Shown piece after piece: positions 7,783 through 18,092 of a stretch of 64,000 nucleotides of DNA. The notes under the pieces were generated by a model that searched no databases, was not told where the DNA came from, and saw only the letters and a program-made list of their open reading frames with translations. The position numbers were made by a program, and so were the translations under genes. The DNA is taken from contig JAGOSH010000001.1 of the NCBI GenBank assembly GCA_018062425.1, forward strand, positions 16,039 to 80,038, in the 5' to 3' direction. Origin of the DNA: Minisyncoccota bacterium. GTDB taxonomy: Bacteria > Patescibacteriota > Minisyncoccia > Phycocordibacterales > UBA9973. Every line of letters begins with the position of its first letter. Within the stretch, counting starts at the first letter, position 1.

Positions 7783-10566
7783 ATGCAAAGCCATATATTT
7801 AAAAATACAGTCACCGCGTTTCTGGTTATGCTTTTTGTGTTTTCGCCTGTTTTGGAAGTAAAAAAAGCAGCCGCTCAAACGGGGGGAGGTTATCCTACCA
7901 CTGGTTCTTATAGTTATGGTTCTGGTGGAACCTCTGGTGGACTAAGTGGCTATATAAAAGGACTCGGCCCAGCAATAACACAACTCCCTAAATGTAAGAA
8001 AAAGATTAAGGGTGCAATCAAAAGTCTGTTTGGTAAAAGCAAGGGCATACTCGCCAAAGAAGCATCTGGCACGTTGGGCACATCCTTGGGTGGAACTATT
8101 TCTCAATCAGCAGCCCAACAAAACACTATTCAAAACTACGACAAAGAAGCTAATGACAAGTTGAAAAAACAAGATACGAAATTGAGTCGTATAGACGAAG
8201 CTACTGGTTCTCTGGACGAAAATTCTTCTTGTCTCGACTCTATTGGTAAATTAATAATAGACAGAATGATCCAGAGAATCACCCTAGCTACAGTTGAGTG
8301 GATCAAAACCGGAAACAGTGGCGGTCCAGCTTTCGTCCAAGACCCTGGCAGGTTCTTGCGAGACATTGCCAAAGAAGAAATCCTTACTTTTGGACTAGAG
8401 CTTAACCTGGGCGCAGACTGTCAGGCTGTATTTTCTGGTAATGTTTTAGGTACAACAGGTAGCACCAACATAGACTCAACAGACGATTGTTTAAACCCTT
8501 ATGGTAAGTCTTGGTTCAAATATCAAGCTGAAGCTTTTAATAAAAAATTCAACGACAATGCACGTTATTCACTAAACGAACTCATCGCTGAAACAACCCC
8601 CCAATACACCGGGGCTTCATTCCATGCTAATTTCTCCTCTGGAGGATGGAACGCTTGGACAGCGCTTACATCTGTACCCGCAAACAACCCTGTCGGTTTC
8701 GGTCTTTTGGCGGAAACTGAATTATCGAAAAGGTTAGCTGGTGTTCAAAAATCAACAGCCGAACAAGTTCAAGACGCTCTCAAAGAATCAAATGGCTTCT
8801 TGGGGGACTATCGTTGTGCAGACCCAGAAGGAACCACCAAGGACCAGCACAAAGCAGCACTCGAATCTGGAGACACAGACCTGGCTTGTAAGAGATGGGA
8901 ATACGTAACCCCGGGTAGAGCTGTAGCTGAAGAAGCTCTAAAGATAAGTCATTTCCAAGAAAATAAACTAATTCGAGCAGACACCCTAAACGACGCAATG
9001 GCGGCAATAGTAGATGCTCTTATACAAAGATTCTCAAATGAGTTGTACGAGAAGGGATTAGCTGGTTTCTCGGATGAAGGTTCTGATGGTGGGTTGATAC
9101 TGAACGCTTACGCCATCGATGGTAGTTATGGTATCAACCAAGTTGAACAAGACTTCCCGGAATACTTGCAAGGTTCAGAATGGTTTAACGCACATTCTGG
9201 TTTCAATATAAGAACTGATTTAACTCAAGCAATCATAGACGAACAAAGGGTTTTTGCCGAGAAACTGCAAACTCAAAACGAGGTGCTGGAACGAGTAATT
9301 CAGTGGACTCAGGTACTTGATTATTGTATTCCGGGACCGAGTCCAAAAAAATACAGGGAGTTGAATGAGATAGATTTGTTCTCGGATACAGAAGAAGTCA
9401 CGCTGAAATTCGACTTGGCAGAGCTAGTGCTGTCGTTTGACCCAACTGGAATATTCTCCGGTATCGGCCAAGCTATTTTTGAAAAACAACACGAAAAAGA
9501 GGTCAAGAAGATAATTGCTACTCGTCTGGGCCTCATGTTCGATATACACATATATGGTGCTTTCGGATACACCGAACATGAAGACCAGCTAAATATCCAA
9601 CAAGACCAAATCTTGAACAAAGACGATATGGAAGGTTTGGGTAAAAACATCATTGCCTCCTACAAGGAAGTTATCCATAACACATACTTCAACGGTTCAA
9701 AGTCGGCTGCACCTATGCCAATAGTTACCAACGAAGCGCGGAATGAATTTGAAAGAATTGATGCCTACAAAGGAATCATTGAGGAAAACGATGATAGGGT
9801 TGGATTAATGAATGCCGTCGTACAAAGACTTGGTAGAATCAAAGAAACAATCGAAGACCTGGGACCACAGCCAGACCCTACTGATCCAGCTTTTGAGGAT
9901 TACGAAAACTCATTGAAGCCATTCATCGCAGAGTTCGGTCGTCTAACAGGTGAAATGGTGACAGGGGATGATATTGCTAAAGCCCATAAACTGCTACAAG
10001 AAATGGAAGATAAGGAGGTCTATATTCACGATGACCTTCTAACCGGTCCTGGTGGTTGCGAGGAAGAAATGATCAAATTATACGATGATGTTCCAGATGG
10101 TAGAGCTTTGTACAGTAAATTCTACCGAAGGCAGCCATATGGCGAACCTATTCCGTATCTTTACGGTTCCGGAGTAACAGGAAGCAATATCAGTCCTTAT
10201 GACCCAGGACCAAAGGTAGTGCTTAATCCACACGACAGAACTGCTTGGAGTGAACTATCAGTAAAGAACTGGAACCCAAATGATGGTTTCTTGTTTGGTA
10301 GTGTATATTGGAATTTCTGGGCTCGACCATACGATGGAGGTAACGCATATCAAGGAGATAACAAAACACACAACCCTCCTAATTTAGGGAAAATTAGAAA
10401 TAATTCTTGTCCCGAATTTATTGATGTTGTTTATTTCTCATTTCCAAACAGAGCTGACCTTGGTGGTCTAGAACCACAAGGTGCGCTGGGTTATTCAATA
10501 CCATATGGACCTAACAACTGTGGTGTAATAACTCGAAGATTAGAAGAGATGCTTGGTATGTGGTAG
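7783..10566 (+). CDS. large hypothetical secreted protein (927 aa)
   Basis: Signal peptide followed by a Gly/Ser/Thr-rich linker and a large domain of unknown function. Confidence 0.55.
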   Translation: MQSHIFKNTVTAFLVMLFVFSPVLEVKKAAAQTGGGYPTTGSYSYGSGGTSGGLSGYIKGLGPAITQLPKCKKKIKGAIKSLFGKSKGILAKEASGTLGTSLGGTISQSAAQQNTIQNYDKEANDKLKKQDTKLSRIDEATGSLDENSSCLDSIGKLIIDRMIQRITLATVEWIKTGNSGGPAFVQDPGRFLRDIAKEEILTFGLELNLGADCQAVFSGNVLGTTGSTNIDSTDDCLNPYGKSWFKYQAEAFNKKFNDNARYSLNELIAETTPQYTGASFHANFSSGGWNAWTALTSVPANNPVGFGLLAETELSKRLAGVQKSTAEQVQDALKESNGFLGDYRCADPEGTTKDQHKAALESGDTDLACKRWEYVTPGRAVAEEALKISHFQENKLIRADTLNDAMAAIVDALIQRFSNELYEKGLAGFSDEGSDGGLILNAYAIDGSYGINQVEQDFPEYLQGSEWFNAHSGFNIRTDLTQAIIDEQRVFAEKLQTQNEVLERVIQWTQVLDYCIPGPSPKKYRELNEIDLFSDTEEVTLKFDLAELVLSFDPTGIFSGIGQAIFEKQHEKEVKKIIATRLGLMFDIHIYGAFGYTEHEDQLNIQQDQILNKDDMEGLGKNIIASYKEVIHNTYFNGSKSAAPMPIVTNEARNEFERIDAYKGIIEENDDRVGLMNAVVQRLGRIKETIEDLGPQPDPTDPAFEDYENSLKPFIAEFGRLTGEMVTGDDIAKAHKLLQEMEDKEVYIHDDLLTGPGGCEEEMIKLYDDVPDGRALYSKFYRRQPYGEPIPYLYGSGVTGSNISPYDPGPKVVLNPHDRTAWSELSVKNWNPNDGFLFGSVYWNFWARPYDGGNAYQGDNKTHNPPNLGKIRNNSCPEFIDVVYFSFPNRADLGGLEPQGALGYSIPYGPNNCGVITRRLEEMLGMW

Positions 10567-10578
10567 AAAAACAAAAAT

Positions 10579-13500
10579 ATGAAAATTTTTAAAAAAGTAA
10601 AAATAGTTGTTTCCCTAATAATTGCCTTATCTGTTGTGCCGTCTGTTGCTCATGGTGCACTAGTTCTCAAAACCTTACAAGCTATCAACGTAACACAGAG
10701 CACAGCAACACTCCTTGCACGCGTTAGCGACCTGTCTTCCCCCGAGGGAACCATAGTAGACCTGTATGGTAAATTCCGGTATTCCACCAACGCAAACAAC
10801 GCAAACAAGACCTGTGAAACAATGCAAAGTGCTACCGAGGTGGCCGCTGATCCACCACCACTCACAGGACTCGATTTTTTTACTAATAGTGCTTACAACT
10901 TCCAAAAGAAAGACCTTGGTCCTCTGCAACAAAATACACAGTATTATTATTGTGCTGTGGTTTCCAGTACCGACGATTTCTCGAGCGGTGTTTTGTATGG
11001 AAACATGGTGACTTTTACACCAGAACCACCTCCAGACTTGATAGGTAGTGTTATAACAGTAGGCTCGAGTAACGTGGGGGAAAGTACTGCAACTGTTTCT
11101 GGACAAATCATAGAAGACAATCCTAACACTCCGGTGTTTGGTCGCTTTCGTTACTCAGAAAATTTCGGTCCTAGTTGTGGATCATTGCCCAACGCGCAAA
11201 CGAGCCTCAAGAGGAAAAAAACAGGGACCGGTAATTTTACCTTTAATGTTACCTTAACAGGACTCAAGGATGGAACAAAGTATTACTATTGTGCTGTGGG
11301 AGCGGACAATTCTGACTTTTTTGATGCGGTTTATGGAAATGTAAAAGATTTTACCACTCCGTTTAGTAGTAGCACTAACAGAATCGGCCCGGTTAAAACA
11401 CTGACTGCTACACAAATAGATGACACTGAGGTTACCCTTCGTGGCAATTACACTGCTGGTGGACCAGGATTTGCGTACTTTAGAGTGTCCACGGCAGACA
11501 TACCACCGGTATTCTGTAACGACATTTACGGTTCTGACATGATTGGTGTCACCTCAAACATACCAGACCCAATAGGGTATACTACTGGCGGAGATTTTGG
11601 TGTCCACGTAAACGGACTAGACCCAGAAACTGATTACTACTACTGTGCAGTAGTATCCAACGGTGCGTACGATCCAACAAAACCTAGATCTTTAAATGAA
11701 GCTCAGATTAAATACGGAGAAGTGAAAAAATTTAGAACTCTGCCTTGTGACAGCTGCAACAATACAACCATTACTACAAAAGGATCGGATGTAATAGATA
11801 GTACTAGCGCTAATCTGACAGGGACTTTCAAGTCTTCGCGTGCAGTGAATGTTTTTTTTGAGTATTCAAAGTTTGGAATTATTGATCCAACAAACCCACA
11901 ACCACCAACAGCGCTCTGGCAAGCAACTCCAGAGAAAAAATACGGTGCCAATTCTAGCGCTAACTACAACCAGCTGATAAAAGATTTAGAGAAGAACACA
12001 ACATACAGCTTTAGAGCTGTCGCTAAGGTGACCAACCCTGATACTTCAATAGAAATATTCTACGGTCAAACACTACAATTCACCACCAACAAATACAACG
12101 GGGTTACTGGTGAAGACATTGATGATGGAAACGGAATTGATGACCCTCCTATTATAGACCCTGGAGTGGGTGTAGGTCCTGGAGTAATAATAACCACAGG
12201 AGACGACAACTGCCCAGCGGGAACAACTGGTACGTTCCCTGCATGTACGCCGATCATAAACCCATTAGGTTGTTCAATTGGGTGGCTTGGAACCCCTCCA
12301 AACTGTTTCAACCCTGGACCTGGAGGAACCGGTACTGACCCAACAACCAAAACTCCCAAAGTTACCGTAACAGCTAACCCTGTATTTATTGACATTGGTG
12401 AGTCTTCGACTATCTCGTGGACATCATCCGCTGTTTCTACTTGTACTTTAAATGGTTACGAAGTTCCAACAAGTGGCTCTGCTGACACAGGAGGGTTGAA
12501 CAATACCACTTCTTATACAGTTGCATGTTCTGGAATCAATGGATCAGCTGCGGATACTGCAAGTGTTTTTGTAAATATCGACAATGGTAACGGTGGAGGA
12601 GATTTGATTTGGGTTGATGTAACAGCTTCACCTGTTTTCTTTCCACTAAATGCTTCAGTTACCATATCTTGGACATCAGGAGGAGCACAGTTTTGTGATA
12701 GTGGAGGACATGGAGAGGGAACCAGTGGATCGTTTGTTATACCATTAGTCAAAGCTAGTTCTTCTCACACAGTAACTTGCAGTGGTCAGGCTGGCACCGC
12801 CAGCGATACTGCATACATTGTATTGTACGACACCGGCATACCACCTCTACCTACAAACATGTGTGTTCCTACCACAGAAACCAGAAACTTGAACTGCTCT
12901 GCTGGTTATACTGGTTCTGTAAGTCAAACGAGAACATCTTCTTGTCCTACCTTATACGGAAATCCTGTTTGGGCCCCTTGGACAACAACCACTAACACCT
13001 GTACAGACCCGAATGGCAACACAGCCCCACCACCTCCACCACCTCCTCCTGGAGCGTGTTTCTCAAGCAACCAAACTAGACTATTGGCCTGTCCAGCTGG
13101 TTACACTGGTTCAATAAACCAAGCACGTACCTCTTCTTGTCCTACTGCAAACGGAAATCCTGTTTGGACTGACTGGGTAACCACTTCTGAAAATTGTAAA
13201 GACGCGAATGGTAATGGTTTACCTCCAACACCACCAGGCGGCACGCCACCTGGTCCAGGGAATCCTGGAGTTCCACCTAATCCAGCAAACCCTGGAGTTC
13301 CACCTCCACCAGGCGGACCAGGTCAGAACGGCAACCCACCACTAACACAAGACAATGACAATGATGATGATGGTGTAGGTAATCCGCACGACGATGACAC
13401 TGATGGTGATTGGGATCCAAACGATACTGACACCGATGACGATGGAGACGGTATTCCTGACTTTGTTGATGGTTCACCAAATGGTCCAGGCACCGGAGAC

Positions 13501-14076
13501 GACTTTGATGGGGGAGGGCTTCCAAACTCTTTGGATACAGACATGGATGGCGACGGAATTCCAAACTACTTAGACGGTGACACTGATGGAGACGGAGTAC
13601 CTAACGATATTGACCTAGACGATGATGGAGATGGAATTCCTGACTTGCTCGACCCAACGCCTCGAGGCACACATGGTGACCGAGGAAGTGATTTGTTGGT
13701 TCTGGGTCAAGAAGCTACCCCACCAAACGACGCAATAGTACGCTATCATGAAGGTATTGAGACTGTTTTCGCAAGGCAGATTCGCCGAAACACAGCTTTC
13801 GCCGAGAGGTATGGATATACTGGGGGAGACATGGTCAACTTTGCTTGGAACCTGGCGCACACATTTGCTAAATTCTATTTCGGATACATCAACGAATCAA
13901 ACCTGGAAGTTCGAGTTTCCGCACCAGATGTTTCTGCGTACGAATTACGACAAGTGTCCAACACACTGGTTGTGTATGAGTATTACAAAAATGTGATAGT
14001 TGATATCAGGAGTAAGACAGTGGAGTTTAAAAACAAGAATCCGTACGAATATTATTTCCGCAGAATTTTCCGATAA
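10579..14076 (+). CDS. giant surface/adhesin-like protein with YYYCA-motif repeats, Cys-rich tandem modules, polyproline and thrombospondin-type-3-like Ca-binding repeats
   Basis: Signal peptide. The motifs TQYYYCAVV, TKYYYCAVG and TDYYYCAVV. Two tandem ~55-aa Cys-rich modules (C..TR.L.C.AGYTGS..Q.RTSSCPT..GNPVW..W). PPPPPPPPG. Repeated DxDxDGxxD units (DTDGDGIPDFVDG, DTDMDGDGIPNYLDGDTDGDGVPNDIDLDDDGDGIPDLLD). Confidence 0.65.
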   Translation: MKIFKKVKIVVSLIIALSVVPSVAHGALVLKTLQAINVTQSTATLLARVSDLSSPEGTIVDLYGKFRYSTNANNANKTCETMQSATEVAADPPPLTGLDFFTNSAYNFQKKDLGPLQQNTQYYYCAVVSSTDDFSSGVLYGNMVTFTPEPPPDLIGSVITVGSSNVGESTATVSGQIIEDNPNTPVFGRFRYSENFGPSCGSLPNAQTSLKRKKTGTGNFTFNVTLTGLKDGTKYYYCAVGADNSDFFDAVYGNVKDFTTPFSSSTNRIGPVKTLTATQIDDTEVTLRGNYTAGGPGFAYFRVSTADIPPVFCNDIYGSDMIGVTSNIPDPIGYTTGGDFGVHVNGLDPETDYYYCAVVSNGAYDPTKPRSLNEAQIKYGEVKKFRTLPCDSCNNTTITTKGSDVIDSTSANLTGTFKSSRAVNVFFEYSKFGIIDPTNPQPPTALWQATPEKKYGANSSANYNQLIKDLEKNTTYSFRAVAKVTNPDTSIEIFYGQTLQFTTNKYNGVTGEDIDDGNGIDDPPIIDPGVGVGPGVIITTGDDNCPAGTTGTFPACTPIINPLGCSIGWLGTPPNCFNPGPGGTGTDPTTKTPKVTVTANPVFIDIGESSTISWTSSAVSTCTLNGYEVPTSGSADTGGLNNTTSYTVACSGINGSAADTASVFVNIDNGNGGGDLIWVDVTASPVFFPLNASVTISWTSGGAQFCDSGGHGEGTSGSFVIPLVKASSSHTVTCSGQAGTASDTAYIVLYDTGIPPLPTNMCVPTTETRNLNCSAGYTGSVSQTRTSSCPTLYGNPVWAPWTTTTNTCTDPNGNTAPPPPPPPPGACFSSNQTRLLACPAGYTGSINQARTSSCPTANGNPVWTDWVTTSENCKDANGNGLPPTPPGGTPPGPGNPGVPPNPANPGVPPPPGGPGQNGNPPLTQDNDNDDDGVGNPHDDDTDGDWDPNDTDTDDDGDGIPDFVDGSPNGPGTGDDFDGGGLPNSLDTDMDGDGIPNYLDGDTDGDGVPNDIDLDDDGDGIPDLLDPTPRGTHGDRGSDLLVLGQEATPPNDAIVRYHEGIETVFARQIRRNTAFAERYGYTGGDMVNFAWNLAHTFAKFYFGYINESNLEVRVSAPDVSAYELRQVSNTLVVYEYYKNVIVDIRSKTVEFKNKNPYEYYFRRIFR

Positions 14077-14139
14077 AAGTTTCCGTAAAATATAGTTTTT
14101 GTTTCCTTGGTTTGCTACAATGATTAAGTATTTGCATTA

Positions 14140-16461
14140 ATGAAAGCTATCAAGAAAAACTTTTGGTTAAAAGTCGCACTCGGAACATTATTCCTTGCTG
14201 TTTTTCTTGTGCCTGTAAGTTTCAAGAAAGAAAACAGCAATGATTTTATATCTCTCAAAACTAACACTGCTTACGCTGAAATAGAAAAATTAGTAATACT
14301 ACCAGTTGATGCAGCTGGCATCACGGCAACCGGTGTCAATTTGACTATTGAAGTTACTGGTCAACCTGGAACAGATGAGAAAATAAGTCTCACCCTTAAA
14401 ACCAAGTGGAGCCTAATAAACACCTGGGCTATTCCTGACACCATGATTGACAAGACAGCGGCGAGCCAGACAATAAACCTGCCACTTCAATACAACTTCG
14501 ACAAAGACACAATTTATCAAATTACTGTTTTTAAACCAGACAATTCTGTTATTTCCAACACTGTAGAATTCAAAGGGGATGGTAGTGCGATAGACAACAA
14601 TGGTGGACCGGCTGGTACCACCTCAACAGGACAGAACCCTATTCCACAGAAACCATCCCTTGATATTGGTTGTGGTTATCACCCAGAAACCTGGTTTACA
14701 AAATGCCCTGTACTTTTTTTGTATAATTTTATATACGAACCTATTTCTTATCTAACAACTCTAGCGGCAAAATTTCTAGACTTCTTTGTGTATTATTCGA
14801 TCAGCAGTGACGCATATCGTAGTGGTTTCGTAGAAAAAGCCTGGAGTGTTGTCCGAGACATTTCCAATATGTTTTTTATCATCGCGCTTCTGTATATTGC
14901 AATAAAAACAATACTGCAGATGAATACAAGCGATAACAAGAGAGCCATTGGATACATAATCATGATAGCCCTTTTAATAAACTTCAGTTTGTTTGCTACA
15001 CGAGTGGTGATAGATGCATCGAACATCTTGGCTCGGGTGTTTTATAACAACATCACTCCGTATGACGAAAACGGTACGGCAATTCCCCCAAATAGCAACA
15101 AACCAAAATCAGTATCTGTGGGATTGGTTCGAACTTTTGAACCACAAAAGGTGATTAGTGATCCAAAGACCAATACTGCCCAGTTTGCTATCGTAACAAT
15201 AATCTTCATAATACTTCTTGTTTACATGATTTTGATGTTTATCTCGATATCTATGCTTTTCCTGGGACGAGTTGCTGGACTTTGGATGGCGATGATGTTT
15301 TCACCTCTAGCCTTCACCTCAGTCGCTATGCCTTTCTCGATTCCTAAATTCAGTTTCAAAGAATGGAAGACTGACCTATTTAAGTTAGCTTTTATGGCGC
15401 CTATTTATGCTTTCTTCCTTTATGTCATTATTCTATTTGGAGGATTTTTGGAAGCAATTCAGTATGATACAGCCAATACTGCTTCTGGCCCGAACGGTTG
15501 GTTGGATGCTCTGATGAAAAACATAATTCCTTTTATGTTGATATTTGCATTACTCAAGGAGGCCAAATCTATAACCAAAGACTATGCTGGTAAAATGGGT
15601 GAGACGTTCAACAGCGCTGGAGCAGTGGTGGGTGGTTTGGCTCTGGGCGCAGCCACTGGAGGCTTGGCGATGGCTGGACGCGCATCGTTGGGTCGCGCTG
15701 GTTCTTGGATAGCTAGAAACACCAGTAAAGATACTTTTGGAGGCAGGGTTGCTAACAGGCTTGGTAGAAGAATGGGTACTGGTAGTTGGGATGCTCGTAA
15801 TGTAAAAGTTTTCGGTAAAGGACTCTCTAATACTGGTCTCAAAAATCTAAACACTGTTAGTACTCCAAAGGCAGGTGGTTGGGAAAAGATTCGCGAAGAT
15901 AAGAAACAAAAGAGATTAAAACGCGCAGAAGAAGTCAGTAAGGTTGGATACGGGGAAGGGGTGGCTAAGGATTTGCGTAAAGCTGAGTTAGATCTACACA
16001 CACTTCTAGACGAAAACAAATCGAAACTTGAATCTTTAGACAAAGACATTGCAGGGGCAAGGCAAAAACTGCAAGACGCAAAAACAGCAGATGATGGTAG
16101 CACAGCATCAAAATACAAAATAGCTAAATACAACGAGCAAATAAAGGTGTTTAATAAACAAAAAACAGCTCTTAGAAAAGGAGTAGATATTAAGATGGAT
16201 TATATTGATTTCGATGAAAATGATGCAGTTGTATCAAAAAGCATAGATGAAAAATACGCTAGCATTAAGGTTGGAGGAAAATCAATTCATGACTTAGAAA
16301 CAGATATTGTTCCTAAGGCTAGAAAAGCTGTGAGAGATAAAGAGAAAAAACGAAAGCTCGCTTACGCTGACAGACTAAGTATGCGATTCTGGTCGGATGG
16401 GGCGAAAGAAGTAGCACATAAAGTACGTTCAGGAGCTATCTACGAAAACAAAACAGCTTAA
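14140..16461 (+). CDS. polytopic membrane protein, VirB6/TrbL-like (putative T4SS channel component)
   Basis: Signal peptide, a ~180-aa extracellular domain, at least 5 TM helices, a Gly-rich segment GGLALGAATGGLAMAGRASLGRAG, then a Lys-rich coiled-coil tail. The architecture resembles Gram-positive VirB6 homologues (PrgH/TcpH). Assigned from topology and gene context only. Confidence 0.4.
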   Translation: MKAIKKNFWLKVALGTLFLAVFLVPVSFKKENSNDFISLKTNTAYAEIEKLVILPVDAAGITATGVNLTIEVTGQPGTDEKISLTLKTKWSLINTWAIPDTMIDKTAASQTINLPLQYNFDKDTIYQITVFKPDNSVISNTVEFKGDGSAIDNNGGPAGTTSTGQNPIPQKPSLDIGCGYHPETWFTKCPVLFLYNFIYEPISYLTTLAAKFLDFFVYYSISSDAYRSGFVEKAWSVVRDISNMFFIIALLYIAIKTILQMNTSDNKRAIGYIIMIALLINFSLFATRVVIDASNILARVFYNNITPYDENGTAIPPNSNKPKSVSVGLVRTFEPQKVISDPKTNTAQFAIVTIIFIILLVYMILMFISISMLFLGRVAGLWMAMMFSPLAFTSVAMPFSIPKFSFKEWKTDLFKLAFMAPIYAFFLYVIILFGGFLEAIQYDTANTASGPNGWLDALMKNIIPFMLIFALLKEAKSITKDYAGKMGETFNSAGAVVGGLALGAATGGLAMAGRASLGRAGSWIARNTSKDTFGGRVANRLGRRMGTGSWDARNVKVFGKGLSNTGLKNLNTVSTPKAGGWEKIREDKKQKRLKRAEEVSKVGYGEGVAKDLRKAELDLHTLLDENKSKLESLDKDIAGARQKLQDAKTADDGSTASKYKIAKYNEQIKVFNKQKTALRKGVDIKMDYIDFDENDAVVSKSIDEKYASIKVGGKSIHDLETDIVPKARKAVRDKEKKRKLAYADRLSMRFWSDGAKEVAHKVRSGAIYENKTA

Positions 16462-16470
16462 AACAAAAAC

Positions 16471-16950
16471 ATGACTGATAAATTAAAAGAAACAATTGAA
16501 GAAGAAGTAGTTAAAATGCCTAGAGAATTCCAGGAAGCTTTTACAGCGTCAAACTGGATACCTGTCTCCGAAGACATTGCGCGCAAATACAAACTGTATT
16601 TGGATGAAGAGATAAATAAATTCCAAGCAGAAGTTTTTTTGGTTCTATCTGGTGTTGTTCAATTCGAACTACTTTCTGTGAACATAGAAAACGAACTTGG
16701 TTTGAGCAAAGAAGAAGCAGAAAAAATAGAAGGGGAAGTACTTGAAAGAGTAATTTTTCCTTTTTCCAGTAACCTGGAATCCAAGGCAGAGTGGAAAATG
16801 GATATTAAGAATTCAAAATGGGATCAAAATCTTGATTTTATAACGTCAGGAGGGGACTACTCAGCTTTTCTGGATATTAAAAAAAGTTCCCCAGATCTAA
16901 CAACAACGGAAACAAAATCAGAAACAAACCAGAGCAATCCAAGTGTTTAA
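16471..16950 (+). CDS. hypothetical protein
   Basis: Intact ORF in the operon; no recognisable motif. Confidence 0.5.
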   Translation: MTDKLKETIEEEVVKMPREFQEAFTASNWIPVSEDIARKYKLYLDEEINKFQAEVFLVLSGVVQFELLSVNIENELGLSKEEAEKIEGEVLERVIFPFSSNLESKAEWKMDIKNSKWDQNLDFITSGGDYSAFLDIKKSSPDLTTTETKSETNQSNPSV

Positions 16951-16966
16951 GTGTTAAAATAATCTT

Positions 16967-17593
16967 ATGGATAATACAATCGATTTACTAAAAATGAAGA
17001 TAGAGCGAGCCCGAGAAGTACTACCACCGGAAACCTTGGTAGCGATTGATGCTGTGCCTTGGCGAGAAGTCATATATAACATGCGTGAAAGGAAAGGGTT
17101 CAACTTGACTCAACTAGAAGATCTGGAACTTGAGACTGAGTTGGTGCTTTGTGGTCTTGTTCCACCAGAGAAATATCCAAACGAACTAGCCACCAGGATG
17201 GGACTCAGCCTACCTCAGGTCACAGTATTGGTTGAAGAAATGAACGATTTGGTGTTCAAGAAAATCCGCGAGGAGTTAGTAAAAAAAATTAGTAGTAACA
17301 AGGCTTTGGGCTTGGATACCAAAACCCCAATACCTAGTAATAATTTTGTAAACACAGAAGACGCCAACCAAAGGACTGTGGATATCAAAGTAATAAAGCA
17401 AGCCATCGCTCGAAAAGAAGAGGATGAGAACAATTTGATCAACTCTATCTTGGGTCAGAAGCTCTCTGGTGCTCATATTTCTCCTCAAACCAAAACAGAG
17501 TACTCTTTGGGTAATATATCACGAGCAGAAGAACCAAAAACAACCGCAAAAAGTAGTTCTGTGGATCCTTATCGGATGAATCCAGGGGAATAA
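16967..17593 (+). CDS. hypothetical protein
   Basis: Intact ORF in the operon; no TM segment and no recognisable motif. Confidence 0.5.
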   Translation: MDNTIDLLKMKIERAREVLPPETLVAIDAVPWREVIYNMRERKGFNLTQLEDLELETELVLCGLVPPEKYPNELATRMGLSLPQVTVLVEEMNDLVFKKIREELVKKISSNKALGLDTKTPIPSNNFVNTEDANQRTVDIKVIKQAIARKEEDENNLINSILGQKLSGAHISPQTKTEYSLGNISRAEEPKTTAKSSSVDPYRMNPGE

Positions 17594-17651
17594 AACTCTT
17601 TTTTATTTAAAATATTGTATACTAATATAAGTCGCAAGACTGAATCTAATA

Positions 17652-18092
17652 ATGCAATTCAAGGTTCCACAATTCTTGGATATTGAGGATAAACTTTTTG
17701 GGCCTTTTACTTTCAGCGAGTTCGTATACTTGGCTGGAGGAGCAGGACTTTGTTATGTGGTATACAAAGCCCTGGGTCTTTTGCTTGGCTTGATACCCAT
17801 AGCGGCCATCGCCGGACTCGCGGTAGCTTTAGTGTTTTACAAACCCAACGACAAGCCCTTGGTCAACATGATCGAAGCTGGCATCAAATACGCAGCTCAA
17901 AGCAAACTGTACATCTGGAAGCGAAGAGTTGTGAAATCTACTACCAAAACTCCTGCTCCTAGCCACAGAAACCCACAAACCATAAACGTAAGCCCGGAAC
18001 ATACCATCAAATTAACTGGTAGCAAACTTCGAGATTTAGCTTGGAGTTTAGATATTTTAGACACAAAAAAAGAAGGCACCAATGGCAATTAA
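17652..18092 (+). CDS. small two-TM membrane protein, VirB3-like
   Basis: 146 aa with two adjacent hydrophobic helices, sitting immediately upstream of the VirB4 ORFs as in PrgI/VirB3 arrangements. Assigned from position and topology. Confidence 0.4.
   Translation: MQFKVPQFLDIEDKLFGPFTFSEFVYLAGGAGLCYVVYKALGLLLGLIPIAAIAGLAVALVFYKPNDKPLVNMIEAGIKYAAQSKLYIWKRRVVKSTTKTPAPSHRNPQTINVSPEHTIKLTGSKLRDLAWSLDILDTKKEGTNGN

Noticed and set aside
13330-13660. Short periodic DNA repeats that could superficially resemble a CRISPR array or a VNTR
   Set aside because: They are codon-level repeats (GAT/GAC/GGN) encoding the DxDxDGxxD Ca-binding motif within one continuous ORF. There are no spacer-repeat units and no cas genes.
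15582-16133. A 183-aa minus-strand ORF inside the VirB6-like gene
   Set aside because: It is antisense to a Gly/Ala-rich coding stretch and its Pro/Ala/Ser-rich product is typical of mirror ORFs.
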